Origin: an uncultured bacterium
Lineage (GTDB): Bacteria; Chloroflexota; UBA5177; JANWHV01
DNA length: 64,000 nucleotides
NCBI GenBank assembly: GCA_963827235.1
Contig: CAWHAE010000019.1
Span: 96,001-160,000 of the forward strand
Reading direction: 5' to 3'
Shown: one piece after another, positions 30,419-40,024 of the stretch
How positions within the stretch are numbered: the stretch's first letter is position 1
Layout: each line of letters opens with the position of its first letter
Translations under genes and position numbers: made by a program
The notes under the pieces: model-generated
Database searches by the model: none
Told to the model about the DNA's origin: nothing
The model's input: the letters and a program-made list of their open reading frames with translations, nothing else

Positions 30419-30610
30419 TCTGTCTACAGCCAACCGTTACGGTTCGTTGCGGCGCGGCACCGCGGTGTCACGGCAGCACGCGTACAGTCTGATGTCGCGT
30501 ACACGTGAGCATTCTTGGTTGGCAGGGCCCCTGGCACCGCGCGCCCTAAACTCGAACGTCCATGACTGCACGATGTATATCGTCGTGCCTGCGTTTGGAA
30601 GGAAATCGCG

Positions 30611-30931
30611 ATGGCAAAGTTCGTTCTGATCTACACCGGCGGTAGCATGCCCGAGTCCGATTCCGGCCGGGCCACGATGATGAAGGCCTGGGAGACGTGG
30701 TTCGGTGGTCTGGGAGCCGCCGTGGCGGACACGGGCAATCCGTTCACAGCCGCGGCCAAGACCGTTGCCGGCAACGGCCGGGTAAGCGACGGCCCAGTCG
30801 GCACGGCGGCCACAGGCTACACAATCCTCCAGGCCGATTCGCTCGACGCGGCAGTTGGGATGGCCAAAGGCTGTCCGGTGTTGCAAGGCGGCGCTCAGAT
30901 CTCCGTGTACGAGATCTCCCCGGTGATGTAG
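30611..30931 (+). CDS. YciI-like protein
   Basis: KFVLIY, DTGNP, GYTILQADSLDAA, CP motif. Confidence 0.8.
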   Translation: MAKFVLIYTGGSMPESDSGRATMMKAWETWFGGLGAAVADTGNPFTAAAKTVAGNGRVSDGPVGTAATGYTILQADSLDAAVGMAKGCPVLQGGAQISVYEISPVM

Positions 30932-31011
30932 CCGGCGACAGGCCGCGGACGCTGCCGGCGTTTCGTCCGGCCAAGGGCATGTGGTGGCTCGGCGAAGACG
31001 CCGGGCCACTG

Positions 31012-32346
31012 CTAGCCGAGCAGCGCCTCGGAGCCGCAGGCAACCGGATGGGCATTCGTCACCGGCGCGGTCGAGCTACCTGCCAGTCGCGCCTGGTTCC
31101 GGCCTTTCTGTTTGGCGGCATACATGGCGTGGTCGGCTGCCTCTATCAGGTCCTGTCGCGTCTGAGCGTGTTCCGGGAAGCTGGCCACACCGATCGAGCA
31201 GGTTATGTGCCATCCACACGAGGCGCCGAACTCGTGGGCTTCCACCGACGATCGGATGGCCTCCGCAGCAGCCAGCGCCGATGCGCCGTCGCTTTCGGGC
31301 AGCACCACCAGGAACTCCTCGCCACCCCAACGACCCAGGACGTCGGCGGCACGAATATGCCTGGCAACGTGCTGGGCAAAAGCGCGGAGCGCCGAATCCC
31401 CCGTCGAGTGGCCGTACGTGTCGTTGAGCACTTTGAAGTGATCGATGTCCAGGAAGAGCACGGCACATGGATGCTCGTAGCGTAGGCTGCGCGCTATCTC
31501 GCGGTCCAGGAGCTCGATGAGCATGCGGTGGTTCGGCTGTCCGGTGAGCGGATCGGTCGTCGCCATCTTCATCAGCTGCCCGTTCGCAGCGTTGAGCATT
31601 CGAAGTAGCCGAAAGGCCAGCAGTCCCACGAGCAGGACCGCCGCGGCCATGCTGACCGCGATCGTGATCATGGCGCTCGACCTGGCCGAGTCGCTGCTGG
31701 CCCGGGCATCCGCTTCCAGACCGGACAATGCAGAGGAAAGCTCGTGCATGGTCTGCTGATAGGTGGCCATGTCTCGATTCCAGGTCACCTGTTCCGCAGG
31801 GACTGGTGGTTGGGTGGAAGCACCGCGGCTGGCGGACCGGTCGCGCGCCGGTTTCCCTGAGTCGGCTGTTGTCACGGCGCGATGCACGAGAGTATCCAAC
31901 GCCTCCACGGCGGGCTGTACTCGCTTGCTCAGGACGTCTCGCACCTGCGGAAACGTGGCGTCGTGTGTGGCGAGCTTCGTATAGTCTGCTGAGAGCTGGC
32001 TGTGCGCGAACTCGTAGACGTCGACCCATTTCGTGCTGTTGAACTGGCGGTAAACAGAGAATGCTTGTTCAAACAGGACAACCTGCCTATCGATGTCCTG
32101 CGTGGCCATGACCATGGGGATGACATGCGCCACGATCCTGTTGGTGGGCGCGCTTACGCTCTGCACGCGCCCGATCGCCACCGAGCCAAAGGTGGCGAAG
32201 ATGACCAGCACGAAGCCGAAGAGCGCGTAGAAACCCCAGGCTACTCGGGCCGACCTGTAAAGATCCACGTCCGGAACCGCGCGCTCCTCGCCTGCAGTGG
32301 TCGTCTGCCGGCTATTTGCATTCGAAACTATGCGAAGTGTGTTCAT
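31012..32346 (-). CDS. Membrane diguanylate cyclase
   Basis: Two TM helices flanking a helical sensor region; DPLTG, DIDHFK, RxxD I-site and GGEEF. Confidence 0.92.
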   Translation of the reverse strand: MNTLRIVSNANSRQTTTAGEERAVPDVDLYRSARVAWGFYALFGFVLVIFATFGSVAIGRVQSVSAPTNRIVAHVIPMVMATQDIDRQVVLFEQAFSVYRQFNSTKWVDVYEFAHSQLSADYTKLATHDATFPQVRDVLSKRVQPAVEALDTLVHRAVTTADSGKPARDRSASRGASTQPPVPAEQVTWNRDMATYQQTMHELSSALSGLEADARASSDSARSSAMITIAVSMAAAVLLVGLLAFRLLRMLNAANGQLMKMATTDPLTGQPNHRMLIELLDREIARSLRYEHPCAVLFLDIDHFKVLNDTYGHSTGDSALRAFAQHVARHIRAADVLGRWGGEEFLVVLPESDGASALAAAEAIRSSVEAHEFGASCGWHITCSIGVASFPEHAQTRQDLIEAADHAMYAAKQKGRNQARLAGSSTAPVTNAHPVACGSEALLG

Positions 32347-32895
32347 TGCTGCCGCAGACCTATCAAGTCACCATGCTCATGCAACGCCTGCCGGGGCGTG
32401 GGAGCATTGATCTGCCCTGGGCAAGCAAGATCTGTGCTCGCGGGACTTATCGTATTGGAGATTCGAGATCCCGACAATAGCATAGGTGGCAGTAAGGCAA
32501 GCATGCCTCGAGCCTCCCGCCCGTGTCGCCGGCCGGCCGGGCGCAGGCTACTCTGCACGGGTCGATCGCTGGTGCGGGGCGCCCTGCTCGCAAGTGGCGG
32601 CAAGCACACCCAAACGGGCGATAGACGCGACCTTCCCCGAATTCTACGGTAGAACCGAGGTGGGACGAAGTAGACTGCCAACGGTGGTCGCCCGAGGCGA
32701 TGATCACATCGGCGCGGACCGGGGTCGGCCGCTGCACCGGCAGGCCGATCATGGGCTGTGCCGCTGCGGTGCTGTCGCCGGACCCGATCTGACGCGGGGC
32801 GCGTCACGCCCCGCGTAGTCGACGCGAGCCGGTCTGCGAACGTGCCTATCGGATGGTAGTTTGATAACGGCAGGCAAGCATGGTCGGAGGCCGGC

Positions 32896-35112
32896 ATGAG
32901 AAGCGCGGATATGGGACTGCAGAATACCGCTGCCCCGGACTCGCGCGACGCCGTCTTGTGGCTGCTCCGCACGACCAGCCGCATGGTGCGTTGCCGGACG
33001 GTGCCGGCCCTGCTGGAACTTGCCTATGACGCTATCCGCGAAGGTCTGGGCTACGATCGCGTTGGGCTGACCCTCGTGGACCGGGAGCGTGGTGGCCTGG
33101 TGGAGCAGATCGGCACCGACGAGCAGGGCCGCAAGTTCTATCCTCGTTCGCGCCTGCTCTCGATTGCTCCTGGCAGCTACCACGGCCGGATCCTGGCCGC
33201 GCCGAGCATGCAGGCAGACGGCGAGGGTTTCTGGTACCGCTCGAATGCCCTGGACGAGATGCCGCTCGAGCTGCGAGAGCATCTGGACGGTGCACCGCGC
33301 CAGAACCTCCTGGTGGCACTGCGTACTGCCGAAGCCGTACTGGGTTTGATCTCGGTCGATAACCTCATTACCGGGCGGCCCGTCACACCGGAGGAGGCGC
33401 CTCCGCTCGTGGCCTTTGCCAACGCTCTGGCGACCGCGCTCGACAACGTCTATCTGCTCGAGGGGCATGTCCGGCGTATCAGCGATCTCGATGTCAACCT
33501 GCGCCAGCGCATAAGTCAGCTGGAATGGCTGCGGGAAACCAGCCGGGCCATCACGGCCGCACGTACCCTGGAGGAGGTGCTCGACGTCGTCTATGATTGC
33601 GCGCGCGAGGGCCTGGGCTTCGACCGCGTGGGCATCATGCTCTTCGACCACAAGCGCAGGACGTGGGAGGAGCGGCGCGGCACCGACGAGCATGGTGGGA
33701 AAATGGCTCAGGCCACCCGCACAGACTCCATCGCCGCCGGGAGCGACAGCTGGAAGAACCCCGCGATGTCCTCTCTCCTGCGAGGGGAGGAGTACTACTA
33801 TACGAACGACGCCTGGTCTGATTTCCCCCCGGAGCTCCGTTACCTGCTGGACGGCCACGTCAAGCAGTGCCTGGTGGTGCCGCTGCAGTGCGGCGAACAA
33901 CTGACTGGGTCGATCTCCGTCGACAACCTGCTCAGTGGCCAGCCGCTCACCCTCGATGACGCTGAGCCTCTGGTCGCCGTTGCTCACCAGGTTGCCACGG
34001 CGATCGAGAATGCCCGGCTGCTGGAGCGCGAACAGGTTGAGCGCGAGCACCTGGCGTTGAGCGAGGCGCGCCTTCGCGCAGTGCTGCAGAGCTCGCCCAT
34101 CCTGCTTCTCAGTATGGATGGACGCGGCGAGATCACGCTGTCGACCGGCAATGATCTGGGTCTGTTGGAAGGGGACCCAGACGACCTTGCCGGAAAATGC
34201 ATTCGCGATGCGTTTGCGCATCGACCGGAGATGCTGGAGTGTTACGACCTGGCAGCAGCCGGGGAAGCGCAGACGGCTACAGTCGATCTGGGCGGAACGA
34301 GCGTGGAGGTCCACTGGACGCCTCAGCACGACATCACCGGCGCCAGTGCGGGAGTGATCGCTGTGGCTGTAGAGGTGACGGAGCGGGTTGCCGCGCAGCG
34401 CGCCGCGGAGGCGCTCGCCCGCCTGCGCAGCGACTTCGTCGCCTCCGTGAGCCACGAGCTGCGCACCCCGCTGACCGCTATCGTGGGGTACAGCGAGCTG
34501 TTGCAGACGCGGTGGGCCAGCTTCGACGAGACGCAACGGCTGGAGCACATCGCGAGGATCGTCACTTCCGCCAATCGCCAGAAGCGGATTGTCGACGACC
34601 TGCTGCTGCTCAGCCGCGTAGAGCAGGGCGACCTGCGTGCCGAGAACGGTCGCGTGCCAATGGCCCAGGTGATTGCGCGGGCGTCGGATGAGGTACGGAG
34701 CAGCTATCAGGGACAGCAGATTGACCTTCGCGGCCCCGCGGAGTTGCTCGCAAGCGGCGACATCGAGCGGGTGGTGCAGGTCATGGTCAACCTGATCGAC
34801 AATGCCGCGAAGTATTCTCCCGAAGGCAGTCCCATCATGGTTACGTGGTGCCAGGAGGGCGCGGAGGCGGTAGTGCGCGTTCGCGATCATGGGCCGGGAA
34901 TCCCACTCGCCGATCAGGACCAGCTATTCACGCGCTTCGGCAGAGTGCCCGGCAGCCGCACGCGGGCGGGCAGGGTCGGCACCGGCCTTGGACTCCACCT
35001 CGGCCGCCAGTTCGTCTACGCCATGGGTGGGCGCCTGGATCTGGAGGGCACCGGTCCGGGCGGCAGCATCTTCTGCTTGCGCTTACCGGTCGCCCAGAGC
35101 GGCGGCGCGTAG
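32896..35112 (+). CDS. GAF-GAF-PAS sensor histidine kinase
   Basis: Two similar GAF repeats (REGLG.DRVG...ISVDNL); SHELRTPL, NLIDNAAKYS, DHGPGI, GTGLGL. Confidence 0.92.
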   Translation: MRSADMGLQNTAAPDSRDAVLWLLRTTSRMVRCRTVPALLELAYDAIREGLGYDRVGLTLVDRERGGLVEQIGTDEQGRKFYPRSRLLSIAPGSYHGRILAAPSMQADGEGFWYRSNALDEMPLELREHLDGAPRQNLLVALRTAEAVLGLISVDNLITGRPVTPEEAPPLVAFANALATALDNVYLLEGHVRRISDLDVNLRQRISQLEWLRETSRAITAARTLEEVLDVVYDCAREGLGFDRVGIMLFDHKRRTWEERRGTDEHGGKMAQATRTDSIAAGSDSWKNPAMSSLLRGEEYYYTNDAWSDFPPELRYLLDGHVKQCLVVPLQCGEQLTGSISVDNLLSGQPLTLDDAEPLVAVAHQVATAIENARLLEREQVEREHLALSEARLRAVLQSSPILLLSMDGRGEITLSTGNDLGLLEGDPDDLAGKCIRDAFAHRPEMLECYDLAAAGEAQTATVDLGGTSVEVHWTPQHDITGASAGVIAVAVEVTERVAAQRAAEALARLRSDFVASVSHELRTPLTAIVGYSELLQTRWASFDETQRLEHIARIVTSANRQKRIVDDLLLLSRVEQGDLRAENGRVPMAQVIARASDEVRSSYQGQQIDLRGPAELLASGDIERVVQVMVNLIDNAAKYSPEGSPIMVTWCQEGAEAVVRVRDHGPGIPLADQDQLFTRFGRVPGSRTRAGRVGTGLGLHLGRQFVYAMGGRLDLEGTGPGGSIFCLRLPVAQSGGA

Positions 35113-35176
35113 GATATGATGTGCCGCTTGGGCGCGGCCCGCTGTGCCCGGCCGGCTGCACCGTCAGAGGGAGCAC

Positions 35177-36325
35177 ATGGAGGTTTGCATCGCGGGTCGC
35201 TCGCGCTTGCCGCTGTGGATCCAGCCCGATCGCAGCGCGACGGCGGAATTCTACTATCGCTGCTTCCTGCCGGCACAGGTCGTGGGCGGTGTAGTGGACA
35301 CCAAGCTCCTGGCTCCTCCCGAGGCCGTCGGCGCGCTGAGCGATCCCGCGGCCTACGAAGGGCAGCAGCCGGTTACCCTGTTCGCGCTCGGCAGCCCCAC
35401 GATCTTCAAGTTCCTCGGCATGCGATGCCCGTCGCAGGTGCCGGTGATCGAAGCAATCAATCGCTCGGGCGGCAGTGCCTGGATTGACGTAGACGACGAT
35501 TACTTCGCCATGCCGCCGTCCGCGGAGTTCATGGATCGGCTGCCTGTCCCTAGCCGCCTCGCTCTTTTCGGCTCGGCAGAGGAGGCAGCCGTGGAGCGCT
35601 GGCGCTCTCGTTGCGTTGAAGATTTCGCGCGGGCATTGCGAGCGGCGGCCGGTGTTATTGTGGCTACGCCTGCACTCGCCGATGTGGTGCGCCCGTATGC
35701 CGGCAACGTTCTGCTCATCCCCAACATGATCGATGCGGCACAGGCTCAATTCTCGGACCGTCCCCGCGATGGTATCGTCCGCATCGGTTATGGTGCTTCC
35801 GTCCTGCACGGAGGGGCGGATCTGCAGCTGGCGCTGCCGGCCCTTCTCACCTGCGCGCGCTTGCCTGACACCGAGCTTCACTTCTGGAGCGTATACCCGC
35901 CCGATCAACCCAGTCTGCAGCCGGGCACCTACGTGCTGGACGGCGTTCGTTACCACTACCACACTCGAGCAGAGAGCTTTCCCGAGTACCTGGCGGCGAT
36001 CAGCAGGCTCGACATTGCGGTGGCTCCCCAATGTGACACGCCGGCGAACCGGGCTCGATCTCACGGCAAGTGGCTGGAGCATGCAGTACACGGCACGGCA
36101 ATGGTCGTGTCCGCGATGCCGTCGTACTCCTGCGTCGAGCACGGTGTCACGGGATTCAAGGCGCGCGACGCGCACGAATTCGTTGAGTATGCGCAACGCC
36201 TGGTCCTGGATGCCGAGCTGCGCAGAAAGATAGGCCAGGCCGCGCAAGAACGTTGCCTGCGGCGACATACTCCTCAGGCGCTTGGCGCTGAGATACGTGC
36301 CCGCTTCGAGCAGGCGGTGTTGTAG
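35177..36325 (+). CDS. Glycosyltransferase (GT-B fold)
   Basis: YYRC..P, DVDDDY, IPN, DIAVAP, KWLEH motifs. Confidence 0.8.
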   Translation: MEVCIAGRSRLPLWIQPDRSATAEFYYRCFLPAQVVGGVVDTKLLAPPEAVGALSDPAAYEGQQPVTLFALGSPTIFKFLGMRCPSQVPVIEAINRSGGSAWIDVDDDYFAMPPSAEFMDRLPVPSRLALFGSAEEAAVERWRSRCVEDFARALRAAAGVIVATPALADVVRPYAGNVLLIPNMIDAAQAQFSDRPRDGIVRIGYGASVLHGGADLQLALPALLTCARLPDTELHFWSVYPPDQPSLQPGTYVLDGVRYHYHTRAESFPEYLAAISRLDIAVAPQCDTPANRARSHGKWLEHAVHGTAMVVSAMPSYSCVEHGVTGFKARDAHEFVEYAQRLVLDAELRRKIGQAAQERCLRRHTPQALGAEIRARFEQAVL

Positions 36326-36836
36326 CAGTCGCTCTACACGAATCCCCTGGCCCCTGAACATCGCTCGCCTGGAACATAGGTCGGCATACAAGACCGGCGC
36401 CTTCTTCTGAATGCTGTCCCTTGGAGAGCCGCCGGAGAGCCAGCATGCCTACTGCGGCGAGCGCAAGGCACGTGGTTTGCTCTGTGATGGTTTCGCACGG
36501 CATGGTTGAACGAGCATTTCACGCTTCCCTGTATCGGACGCCGAGCCGCGCGTGCCGCGCTGTGCCGGGCACGACGCGACGGAGCCGCCGCCGCGCGGGC
36601 AGCCGGCAACGCCCAGCCCTTGAGCTGCCTCGAAGCGGGCGCGAGCTCCTGGTCGAGTGGCGAGGCCCGCGCGTGGGCGCTCAAGCAGTGCGCGGATGTC
36701 GCTGCTCCTTCTTGGGCCGCGCTGGGGTGCACTCAGGTCCGCACCGGGCGCGATAAAGCGCCACCAATAGCACCGCGCCGCAGCCATGCAGGCGGCCAGC
36801 AGCGGCGTATAGGGCGGATGCCGCAGTGATGCGGCT

Positions 36837-37298
36837 TTAGCTGTGCTTGCCGAAGACGTCCAGGAGCTGGAACTGCGTGGCGCGCAGCTGCTCGGCAATG
36901 ATCACGGCAAAGCGTTTGTGCAATGCATAGCCCAGATTGTGATCCTCCTCGCATTTCAAGCGCAGGCACTCGCCGTCCAGGGCAAGGGCGCGTGTGAGCT
37001 CGAGCGCTCGCGCATCCATGTTCCAGCGGTAGGGCGGCACCAGCCAGGACCAGCCGAACACGTCACCCTCACTCATGGTCTGTATTGTGATCGGATCGTG
37101 TTCGCGCGAGAAGACCTCAAGCCGCACCGAACCGGCGCGGATGAGGAAGAACCGGTTGGCCAGCTCGCCCTCTCGAATGATGTACTCGCCGGCACTGAAC
37201 CGCACGTTCGACGCGCAGCCTACCAGGAGCTGCAGGTAGCGCTCTTCAAAGCCGGCGAAGAATGGGTGCCGCTCGAGGATGGGTTCCAGTGTCTGCAT
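36837..37298 (-). CDS. Stand-alone cNMP-binding domain protein
   Basis: HPFFAG, REGELANRFFLI, GDVFGWSWLVPPY; no HTH. Confidence 0.88.
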   Translation of the reverse strand: MQTLEPILERHPFFAGFEERYLQLLVGCASNVRFSAGEYIIREGELANRFFLIRAGSVRLEVFSREHDPITIQTMSEGDVFGWSWLVPPYRWNMDARALELTRALALDGECLRLKCEEDHNLGYALHKRFAVIIAEQLRATQFQLLDVFGKHS

Positions 37299-37676
37299 CG
37301 ACTTCCTCCTTGCTAGTTGAGCCATTCATGGCTCCAGACAGGACTCCCCGCGCCACCGCGCGGTCACGCCGTTAGCCGCGAGCTGCTACTCCGTGATCCC
37401 TGCAGCCAGATGCTGTGCGATGCCGACACTCCGAGCATCCCGGCGTGTGCTCTCGTCCCTCCCTGTGTGCGCTGAGCGCGTGCGGCACAAGTCGCTCATG
37501 GGCAGCTCCGAAAGCAGGCCAGTCCCCGGCCTCTCCCGGTGCACCCTCATTGTGTGGACATACACCCTGCGGACGGCCTTGCCAAGAGCCGATCGGCCCA
37601 AAATACTCTGGTCGCCAGGAAAGTGAGTGCCGCCGCAAACGGCGCGACGTCAATGCGGCCCAGGCTTCCACCAACC

Positions 37677-37830
37677 GGGGGATAACTTGGCCACAATTTC
37701 GTGGATAAGTTGTGGCATGGTGTGGATAAAGTTTGGTAGGAGGAGGATAACCGGTCGAGGTTGGAGGATAAGCAGTGCGTGCTACCCATGGAGTGGCTGT
37801 TGAAAAGGGGCAGCCGCGGGCTGTGGATAA
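37677..37830. promoter_or_regulatory. DnaA-box cluster
   Basis: TGTGGATAA at 37721 and 37822, CGTGGATAA at 37700, GGAGGATAA at 37742 and 37763, GGGGGATAA at 37677, TTGGCCACA at 37687, TGTTGAAAA at 37798. Confidence 0.85.
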
Positions 37831-37906
37831 GCTCCCCGACGCGGTTGTCTGCCACCGCCTAGTCTGCTAAAGTGGGCAAGGTTCTGAGTTAGGTAGGAGG
37901 GCAGGA

Positions 37907-38965
37907 ATGCTTGCGACACATAGGCAGTTACACACAGGGCAGCCGCCGCGCTATTCTTTTGCCTCGTTCGTATTCGGGCCCGAGAGTCTGCTCGCATATC
38001 GCGCCGCCTGGAATGTAGCAAACTCGCCGGGCACGACCTACAATCCGCTCTATCTTCAGAGCGCCCCGGGGATGGGCAAGACCCACCTCCTCAAGGCTAT
38101 CGCACAGCAGATTTCCCAGCTTGCCGGCATGCAGAACGTACTCTATGTCCCTGCCGAAACCGTGAGCCAGGAGTTCACGAGCGCTGTCCGTCAGCGCAGG
38201 GCCGAGGCCGTACGTGACCGCTACCGTTCGGTCGACGCCCTGTTGATCGACGACTTCCCGGTCCTGGCCGGCAGAACGGCCGTGCTCGAGGATCTCGCCT
38301 TCACCATCGACGCGCTGCGAGAGAATGGGCGACAGATCGTGCTGAGCGGTGAGAGCGACCCGGCGCTGATGAAAGACCTACCGGAGCGCCTGCGCTCGCG
38401 GCTGATCTCGGGCATGGTCGTGCGCGTTGGCAAGCCAAGCCTGCGCACGCGGCTGGTCCTGGCCCGCACCTTTGCGTCGTATACGCAGACCTGGTTTACC
38501 GAAGAGGCCCTGCACCTCCTCGCTCATCGCACCGCCGGTGGCGTGAACGAGCTGGAGACCGCAGTCCGGCGATGTGCCCACCTCGCCCCGCGTGGCACGG
38601 TTGTCGGCGCCACGATCGTGAAGAACGTCCTCTGTGACCTGCTGCGCCAGGCCCAGAACGCGCCCGTTCGCGGTGACGTGGAGACCATTCTTCGCGCCGT
38701 CTGCGCGGAGTTCGGCGTCAGCAAGGACGACCTGTTGAGCAAGAAGCGCGAAGCCACGATCTCCCAAGCCCGCCAGATCGCCATGTTCTTGCTGCGCGAG
38801 GATGCCGGACTCACGGTCGCCCGTATTGGCCGAGAGCTGGAGCGCGACCACTCGACGGTTCTACACGGCTGCAAGCGGATCGAGACGGCAACCGCGTCAA
38901 ACGACGAATCGATCATCCAGGCCATCTCGGCGGTGCGAGAGAATCTTCTCGACGCCCTGGCATGA
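37907..38965 (+). CDS. dnaA: DnaA-family protein lacking N-terminal domains I/II
   Basis: YNPLYL, Walker A GMGKT, Walker B LLIDD, RLRSRL, domain IV RQIAMFL...RDHSTVLHG; GGAGG RBS. Confidence 0.85.
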   Translation: MLATHRQLHTGQPPRYSFASFVFGPESLLAYRAAWNVANSPGTTYNPLYLQSAPGMGKTHLLKAIAQQISQLAGMQNVLYVPAETVSQEFTSAVRQRRAEAVRDRYRSVDALLIDDFPVLAGRTAVLEDLAFTIDALRENGRQIVLSGESDPALMKDLPERLRSRLISGMVVRVGKPSLRTRLVLARTFASYTQTWFTEEALHLLAHRTAGGVNELETAVRRCAHLAPRGTVVGATIVKNVLCDLLRQAQNAPVRGDVETILRAVCAEFGVSKDDLLSKKREATISQARQIAMFLLREDAGLTVARIGRELERDHSTVLHGCKRIETATASNDESIIQAISAVRENLLDALA

Positions 38966-38985
38966 ACAGCGCCCGATCGAGACGG

Positions 38986-39018
38986 AAACAAGCCCGGCAT
39001 TCACTGCCGGGCTTGTTT
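38986..39018. terminator. Bidirectional intrinsic terminator
   Basis: Perfect 14-bp inverted repeat AAACAAGCCCGGCA-TTCAC-TGCCGGGCTTGTTT between convergent genes. Confidence 0.85.
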
Positions 39019-39050
39019 AGTCCCAGGTACTCGAGAGACCGCACCGCCTC

Positions 39051-39416
39051 TCAGCCGCGCGTATCGCCAAACGCCGACCCATACCTGTGCCAGCGCTCGC
39101 GAAATTCGACGGTTGCGCGGAGGCAGGCAATGCACACGTTGCCCGCGCCCGTTGGATTCGACACCGTGCCGCCGCACAGCTCGCACACGTGCGCGGCACA
39201 ACTGGCACAAATCTGGACTTCGGATAGGTCATACGCGCGGTGACAATATCGGCAGTTTACGGACAGCGGCGCCGCCAGAACCACCGGGCGGCCTTCCCCG
39301 GTCCGCGTTTCGACAAACGGAACCCGACCCCCGAAGACGCGCTGACTTTCCACGGCTCGCCACCCCTCCAGGATTCTGTAGATGTAATCCTCGTGCTCGG
39401 TGGACCAAAGCATCAT
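39051..39416 (-). CDS. Hypothetical zinc-finger protein
   Basis: Four CxxC pairs (CRYC, CASC, CELC, CIAC). Confidence 0.65.
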   Translation of the reverse strand: MMLWSTEHEDYIYRILEGWRAVESQRVFGGRVPFVETRTGEGRPVVLAAPLSVNCRYCHRAYDLSEVQICASCAAHVCELCGGTVSNPTGAGNVCIACLRATVEFRERWHRYGSAFGDTRG

Positions 39417-39586
39417 GCAATGACGGAGGACGCCAGTCCTCCGCCGTGGACGCGCAACGCTGCGTCTCTCGAGGAAATGCGCCGCGCATCACCATCGTGG
39501 TGCAGTCCCGTACAACAATCAATAGCACGTTTGGAGGCCTTGCGTTGATGCGTGGTGGATAGCTGGATTGCGCGGCGCAAAACGCC

Positions 39587-39889
39587 TTATGCGTCCTCCA
39601 GCGGTACCAGCTCGGCGACCAACGTCCACACGCCATGGCCCTCCCGGCGGGCGCCGATCACGATGTCGGCGGTGAGCGCATCGGATCGGTAGCGTGTCAG
39701 GTTGTGGCGGAATGTTCTCTCGTTGGCGACGTAGCGGAGGGCGATCAGGCGTGACAGCCGGTTGACAGTGCGCATGTTCTCCCGGCCCGACTCCGTGATC
39801 GACGTCGTCCTGCCGTGAGCGGCCTCAAGTATCTTCGCGACCGCGGCCCGCAGATCATCGCCTGTCGTCTCCGGGTTACTATCCATCAC
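39587..39889 (-). CDS. Hypothetical protein
   Basis: Protein-like composition; GGAGAG before GTG-ATG. Confidence 0.55.
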   Translation of the reverse strand: MMDSNPETTGDDLRAAVAKILEAAHGRTTSITESGRENMRTVNRLSRLIALRYVANERTFRHNLTRYRSDALTADIVIGARREGHGVWTLVAELVPLEDA

Positions 39890-40024
39890 TCTGCTCTCCG
39901 CGCGATACTGTGGTCCGTGGGCGCCCGTGGCAAGTGAGACCACGGGGCTCGAACGCTGCACCACGAGGCCACCGCGCCCGCGGGAAGAACCTGTCTCACG
40001 GGCGCGGCGGCCTCGCCTGCACAC

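Noticed and set aside
32749-34890. Long antisense ORF (713 aa) and similar shadow ORFs across the window
   Set aside because: They mirror well-supported genes on the opposite strand, as expected in high-GC DNA, and carry no motifs.
37677-38965. Canonical oriC-dnaA locus
   Set aside because: No dnaN/rpmH/gyrB neighbours, the protein lacks domains I/II, and no clear unwinding element is visible. Not excluded, but unsupported.
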